DNA from: Alphaproteobacteria bacterium
GTDB lineage: Bacteria; Pseudomonadota; Alphaproteobacteria; Bin95
Reading direction: 5' to 3'
Length of the DNA stretch: 64,000 bases
NCBI GenBank assembly: GCA_964291285.2
Contig: OZ219788.1
Span: 416,001 to 480,000 of the forward strand
Shown: positions 59,463 through 64,000 of the stretch, one piece after another
How positions within the stretch are numbered: position 1 is the stretch's first letter
Layout of the letters: each line of letters starts with the position of its first letter
The notes under the pieces: generated by a model
Database searches by the model: none
What the model was told of the DNA's origin: nothing
Seen by the model: the letters and a program-made list of their open reading frames with translations, nothing else
Program-made: the position numbers and the translations under genes

Positions 59463-59902
59463 TCAGCCGAACCGTTTGCCATCCCCGGTAAAGGTGAAGG
59501 AGTTCACGGCGAGGGCCTCGTCGACAGCCGGGTCGGAGGTCCCGGCCTCCCGGGCGTCGCGCAGTTGCCGGTAGAGCCAGCGGGCCAGGTTGCGAAGGGC
59601 GACGGTATCGTCGGCGCCACGGACATGGCTGTACCGGCTCTCGAACGAGGCGCCGTCCTCCTGGCTGCCGAACCCGCTGAACCATATGTTCGACCGTTCC
59701 CGGGTTCCGCCGCCCTGGAGGCGCACGGCATGGGTGTCGAGCGTGATGCCGACGATCCGGCAGACGGTCTCGAAGTCGTCGAGGACATGGTCGTACCAGT
59801 CGTCGAAGAGGCCCTCGTCGCGATACCGGGCGCGGGCCTTCTCCTTCGCCGCGTCCGAAAGCTCGTCGATCGTGCAGATCGTGATCTCGATGACCTGGTC
59901 AA
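59463..59902 (-). pseudogene. Degenerate member of the plasmid family usually labelled antitoxin of toxin-antitoxin stability system
   Basis: IDELSDAAKEKARARYR, IWFSGFGSQEDGASFE, ALRNLARWLYRQL, FTFTGDGKRFG; no in-frame start and apparent internal deletion. Confidence 0.55.
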
Positions 59903-60420
59903 CCCTCCTGCGGACGGGCGTTGCGGGGGATGCCGGTGACGCGCACGAACCTGACCGCCTCCCGGACGCGGCGGAGCGCGACGCGGTCGTGGTCGGCCCG
60001 GGACCAGTGGGCCGGCATGCGGGCAAACCACGCACCGGAATCCGCGACGAAGCCGTCCGCACAGGCCACGAAGTGGCGGCTCGCGGAGATCGCCCAGGTT
60101 CCGGCGGGCGCGGCGTCGAGGAACGCGCCCAGCGTGATTGCGCGCTCGTCGAAGGGGACGCCGGCGAAGAGGCGCTCCCATTCCTGCTCGCGCCGGGCGA
60201 AACGGCGGTTCCGGTATTTCGGATGGCGGAGCGCATAGTCCGGCGCCCACCCGAACGCTTCGAGCGCGGCGGCGAGTTCGTCGATGAAGACGCCGTTCAC
60301 CGACGGCCGGTCGAACAGGCGGCGGATGACGGCGGCGGCCTCGTGGGTCGGCACGCCGGCGATCGCGGAAATCGCGGACGGGCCGCACTTCGTGGCGCGG
60401 CCGGTGATCCGGTGGAGCAT
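59899..60420 (-). CDS. Hypothetical protein with papain/C39-like Cys-His-Asp pattern
   Basis: KCGPSAISAIAG ... RHFVACADGFVADS; GGAGA RBS. Confidence 0.6.
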   Translation of the reverse strand: MLHRITGRATKCGPSAISAIAGVPTHEAAAVIRRLFDRPSVNGVFIDELAAALEAFGWAPDYALRHPKYRNRRFARREQEWERLFAGVPFDERAITLGAFLDAAPAGTWAISASRHFVACADGFVADSGAWFARMPAHWSRADHDRVALRRVREAVRFVRVTGIPRNARPQEG

Positions 60421-60611
60421 GGCGGTCTCCGGGCTGGAAGGGCGCGGGCGTCCGGCACGGCGGGACCTCCCTCGCCGCACTGCCGGCCCGCCCCGCTCCG
60501 GCTGGCCGGTCTCCGGGCGGAGAAAGGCGTGAAGAAGGAAGTCGGAACGCCGACGCCACCCCTGCCGCCGGGGTGGGCGGTGGGGCGCTCAGGCCGCCGG
60601 GCGGCGCAAAC

Positions 60612-61298
60612 TCAGTTCAGCGAAACCGGTTCGACGCAGCGCGGATCGTCGTTGGCCGGCCGGTTGACGCGCGTCGAGGCCGGATGGGCCGTCATGTCAT
60701 CAGCCGGGTACGGCGCGAGCGGTGTCTCCTCGCCCGCAAGCCAGGCGGCCCAGGCGTCCGGCGGCAGGATGACCGGCATGCGGCCGTGGACCGGCGCCAC
60801 CGTCTCGTTGGCGGCGGTGGTGAGGATCGTGCAGGTCTCCACCGTGTCGCCGGGGCTGCGGCCGGCGAGCAATCCCGCAAGAGCGGCGCCCCCGGGAACG
60901 GTCCAGCGCTCCCACAGGCCGGCGAAGACCAGGGGCGCGCCGTCCCGGAAGCCGAACAGCCAGGGCTGGCGAGTTCCGCCCCGGCGCTGCCACTCGTAGA
61001 AGCCGTCCGCCGGGATCAGGCAGCGGCGATGACGGAAGGCCGAGCGGAAGGACGGCTTCCGCGCGGCGGTCTCGGACCGGGCGTTGATGAGCTTGTGGCC
61101 GATCGCCGGGTCCTTCGCCCAGGCCGGAATCAGCCCCCACCGCAGCATGGCGAGGGTGCGGCCGGCGGCGCGCGCGACCGCCACGTCCTGGCCCGGTGCG
61201 GCGTTGTAGCGGGGCCGCAGATCGAGCGGCGTACCGATCGGGTCGAGCCGCTCCTGGAGAGCTTTCCATGCAAGGCGGTTGGTGAAGCGGCCACACAT
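60612..61298 (-). CDS. SOS response-associated peptidase (SRAP/YedK/HMCES, abasic-site protection)
   Basis: MCGRF N-terminus, RYNAAPGQ, LINARSET, RCLIPADGFYEW, HGRMPVIL. Confidence 0.95.
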   Translation of the reverse strand: MCGRFTNRLAWKALQERLDPIGTPLDLRPRYNAAPGQDVAVARAAGRTLAMLRWGLIPAWAKDPAIGHKLINARSETAARKPSFRSAFRHRRCLIPADGFYEWQRRGGTRQPWLFGFRDGAPLVFAGLWERWTVPGGAALAGLLAGRSPGDTVETCTILTTAANETVAPVHGRMPVILPPDAWAAWLAGEETPLAPYPADDMTAHPASTRVNRPANDDPRCVEPVSLN

Positions 61299-61310
61299 GG
61301 GAACATCATC

Positions 61311-62051
61311 TCATGGCAACCCCCTCTCGTGGAAGCTGACCGAGCCGGTCGGCGTGACGATCAGATGGTCGAGCAGCGTGACCTCGATGGTCTTCAGCGC
61401 GTCGCGGAGGCGGTCGGTCATGGCGATGTCGGCTCTCGATGGTTCCGGGTTGCCGGACGGGTGGTTGTGGACCGCGATGACCGCGCTGGCCTGAAGCTCC
61501 AGGCAGCGGATGCAAACCTCCCGGGGATAGACCGGAGTGTGGCAGACGGAGCCCTTCTGGAGGCGCTCGTCGGCAATGAGGAGATTGTTGCGGTTCAGGT
61601 ACAGCAGCCTGAACTCCTCGACCTCGCGGTGGCCGGCGAGGGTGCGGCAGTACTCGATCACCCTGTCGTAGCCGGCGAGGGACGGGCGCGGGGTGTCGGG
61701 CATTTCGGCCCGCGCCATGCGGATGGCGAGCGCTTCGGCGGCCTTGAGGGCGGCGATGGCGTCTTCAGACAGGCCCGGCACGGTGTGCAGGCGGTCCGGC
61801 CGTGCTGCGAGCGCGCGCGGCGCCGTGCCGAAGGTGTCCAGCAATGCGCGGGCAAGCGCCCCGGCATCGTCCACCGGCGGGCGCCCGGAGAGCAGCAGTT
61901 CGAGCAGGTCGCGGTCGTCGACCGCCTCGCGCCCGGCGCGGAGGAAACGGCGCTGGAGCCGGCGGCGGTCGGCGGTCTTGCGGGCCGAGGCCGGCGCCGC
62001 AGGCATGTCGTAAAGCGGCATGTCGTCGAAACCCGTCGCGGAATCGGGCAT
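61311..62051 (-). CDS. radC: RadC-family JAB domain protein
   Basis: LLELLL, EEFRLLYL, VYPREV, HNHPSG, SRAD, LLDHLIV; GGAGGA RBS before MPDS. Confidence 0.92.
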   Translation of the reverse strand: MPDSATGFDDMPLYDMPAAPASARKTADRRRLQRRFLRAGREAVDDRDLLELLLSGRPPVDDAGALARALLDTFGTAPRALAARPDRLHTVPGLSEDAIAALKAAEALAIRMARAEMPDTPRPSLAGYDRVIEYCRTLAGHREVEEFRLLYLNRNNLLIADERLQKGSVCHTPVYPREVCIRCLELQASAVIAVHNHPSGNPEPSRADIAMTDRLRDALKTIEVTLLDHLIVTPTGSVSFHERGLP

Positions 62052-62326
62052 GGCGATGTCCTCCATGGGAGTGGAACCGAAGCGCCCCGCAGGGTCAGCG
62101 GGCAGCGGCTTCCGCCGCCGGGCGGGTCGACCGCGACCCTGCCGTCGCGGACGGTGACCGTCACGGTGCGGCCGGTCGGCATCGGCAGGTCGGTCCACAC
62201 GGCGATGGCGCGTTTCTGCGCCGCGTCGCCGGGGCCCTGCGGAGCGGTCCCCGAGCGTGTCGGCCTCGACCGTGACGGTGTTGCAGCAGTGCGCGTTGTA
62301 GCCGACCTGCACGGTCCGGGGCCGGC

Positions 62327-64000
62327 TCACGGCGCGGCCTCCGGGGCGCCGCCGAGGGTCACGGTGACGTCGGGCCGGCGGATGCGGATGTCGACGGCGC
62401 GGTTGCGGGGCGCAAGCCACATCAGCTCGCGCCGCACCGCCTCGGCGATGGATGCCCGGCAGGCCTCGTCGTCGGACAGCAGCAGGCGGGTCGCGAGATG
62501 CAGCGCGTCCTCCTCGAAACGGGCGCGCTGGGTCTCCCAGCTGTCGGCGTCGGCATCGTCGGAGGGCGAGAAGAACCCCGCCATGAGCAGCGCGGCGAGC
62601 TCGTGCGGCTGAAGTGGGCTGTCTTCGGTGACCAGCGGCATGGCCTCGTCGATCCGGGACCAGGCCTCGCCGGCGAACGCCATGTCGGCCGGCAGGTCGA
62701 GGGTGCGTTCCGGACCCGACGCCGGGCGAACGGTGAGCTCGATGCGGATGGCGGCGGGGCGGGCCGGCAGCGGCGCGGCGCGAGACGGCCCGGGCAGCGG
62801 ATACTCCGCGAGCGTCGTCCAGTCGTCCCCGGCAGCGACCCGGACGGTTATATCCGTCACCCGGTCGAGCGCGTCGTACCAGCCATGGCCCTCCAGCCGC
62901 CGGTCGGCCTCGAAGAGCCGCGGCGCGATGCCGGCGCGTTCGGCGGCGCGCCACAGCGCCTGCGCCTCGGGCGGCTCCGGATCGCGGTCCATGACCAGGG
63001 CGTCATGGCCGGCATCGGCCAGCTTGCCCGGTTCGCGCCAGTCGTTGCAGTCGGCGATCATGGGCCGCCAGGGCCGCAGGGTGGCCGGCGGCGGCGCGAT
63101 GGCGATGCCGGCCTCGCGCGCCCGCATCCAGTCGGCGAAGGCCGGGCGCGGCGAGGGGTCGGCCGCCATGGCGCGCCAGACCGCCAGCCGCGCGGCCTCG
63201 CGCATCTCTCCGGGAAAGGCGTTCTCGACCGCTTCCTTGCGGGCCGGCAGGACCAGTTCGAGGTCCGGGCAGTCTTCCAGATCCGCCAATACGGTCCAGG
63301 TCGCGCCGTGGACGGTCTCGACCGTGGGCAGGCGGAGCGCCAGGGTCAGCCCGAAGACGTTGAGGTCGGGGTCGTTGTAGCCGCTGCGGCGGTCCCTGAA
63401 GACCCCGAAGACGAGGCCGCGCCAGGGCTCGACATGGACCGCGCCGTCGAGGAAGGCGCGGCGGGGCAGTTCCTCCCCGGCGCCGTCTCCCCCGCCGTCC
63501 TCGAAGACGACCGGCAGCGGGTAGTGGCGGGCGGCATTCCCGGCCGCGCTGCGGATGGCCAGGGCGGGTTCGGTCGCCTCGAACGAGACTGCCGTCCCGC
63601 AGGGATACGGGGCCTCGTTGTCGCCCTGCACCCCGGCGTCGGCCTCCCCGAGGAAATGCGCCGGTTGCAGCGCGACGCGCCAGCCGGGCAATATCTCCCC
63701 GTCCGGCGAGCGGGGCCTGGACGAGACGGCGCAGTTGCGGCGCGCGAGGCTGGCGAAGCCGAAGCCGGCGGCGTCCTCGCGGCGCACCAGCGCGTCGTCC
63801 CAGCCGTTCTCGCCGAAGCTCAGCAGCACGGCGGGATCGGCGATGCCTGAGCCGTCGTCGGAAACGGTGACGGTGAGCGGCGTCTCGCCCGCAATGGCGG
63901 CGGTTTCGTGCGCCCGGGCGGCGGCAACCGAGATGCGCACCCGTGTGGCGCCGGCGCGGCGGCTGTTCTGCAGGGTCTCGGCGAAGATGTCGGCCAGGGT
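62327..64000 (-). CDS. GHKL/HATPase_c-domain ATP-binding protein (5' end outside window)
   Basis: Frame open to window edge: ETLQNSRRAGAT (N box), DDGSGI (G1), AAGFGF (G2). Confidence 0.8.
   Translation of the reverse strand, partial: TLADIFAETLQNSRRAGATRVRISVAAARAHETAAIAGETPLTVTVSDDGSGIADPAVLLSFGENGWDDALVRREDAAGFGFASLARRNCAVSSRPRSPDGEILPGWRVALQPAHFLGEADAGVQGDNEAPYPCGTAVSFEATEPALAIRSAAGNAARHYPLPVVFEDGGGDGAGEELPRRAFLDGAVHVEPWRGLVFGVFRDRRSGYNDPDLNVFGLTLALRLPTVETVHGATWTVLADLEDCPDLELVLPARKEAVENAFPGEMREAARLAVWRAMAADPSPRPAFADWMRAREAGIAIAPPPATLRPWRPMIADCNDWREPGKLADAGHDALVMDRDPEPPEAQALWRAAERAGIAPRLFEADRRLEGHGWYDALDRVTDITVRVAAGDDWTTLAEYPLPGPSRAAPLPARPAAIRIELTVRPASGPERTLDLPADMAFAGEAWSRIDEAMPLVTEDSPLQPHELAALLMAGFFSPSDDADADSWETQRARFEEDALHLATRLLLSDDEACRASIAEAVRRELMWLAPRNRAVDIRIRRPDVTVTLGGAPEAAP

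Larger units (their letters stand above)
46301..64000 (-). mobile_element. Integrative/conjugative element or integrated plasmid backbone (partial)
   Basis: About 18 kb of co-oriented backbone genes ending in two integrases; no relaxase or T4SS inside the window. Confidence 0.7.

Overview
High-GC, alphaproteobacterial-looking accessory DNA (taxonomy inferred from gene content) in five blocks. (1) 1-8.7 kb: 3' part of a type IIG/DrmMI-like N6-adenine methyltransferase, then an IS graveyard (IS1380 fragment, truncated RTX gene, IS630, orphan permease scrap, complete IS66, truncated IS701 with a small passenger gene). (2) 8.7-28.5 kb: a mostly intact catabolic island (mandelate-racemase-like enolase, TRAP transporter, two TauD dioxygenases, two GSTs, hydrolases, M20 peptidase, LLM monooxygenase, TPP enzyme, GGT). 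(3) 28.6-40.7 kb: an IS5 element and a decaying MMPL + NHLP-type RiPP export operon with no precursor in the window. (4) 36.9-46.1 kb: two complete, distinct IS66-like transposons, each with an 8-bp target duplication, no tnpA/tnpB, a TnpC with a very long N-terminal coiled coil and a coupled DUF4338 (DruA/Mom-GNAT-like) gene. One has a 132-bp perfect terminal inverted repeat that duplicates the end of its own cargo gene. (5) 46.3-64 kb: a co-oriented ICE/plasmid backbone (tandem tyrosine recombinases, two SLOG proteins, DUF4326, toprim, ssb, methylase-strawberry-notch helicase, papain-like protein, SRAP, RadC, GHKL ATPase). The best candidate for a poorly described system is the coiled-coil-TnpC + DUF4338 transposon pair. 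No rRNA, tRNA or CRISPR array was seen. Family assignments come from motif recognition by eye, not from database searches.
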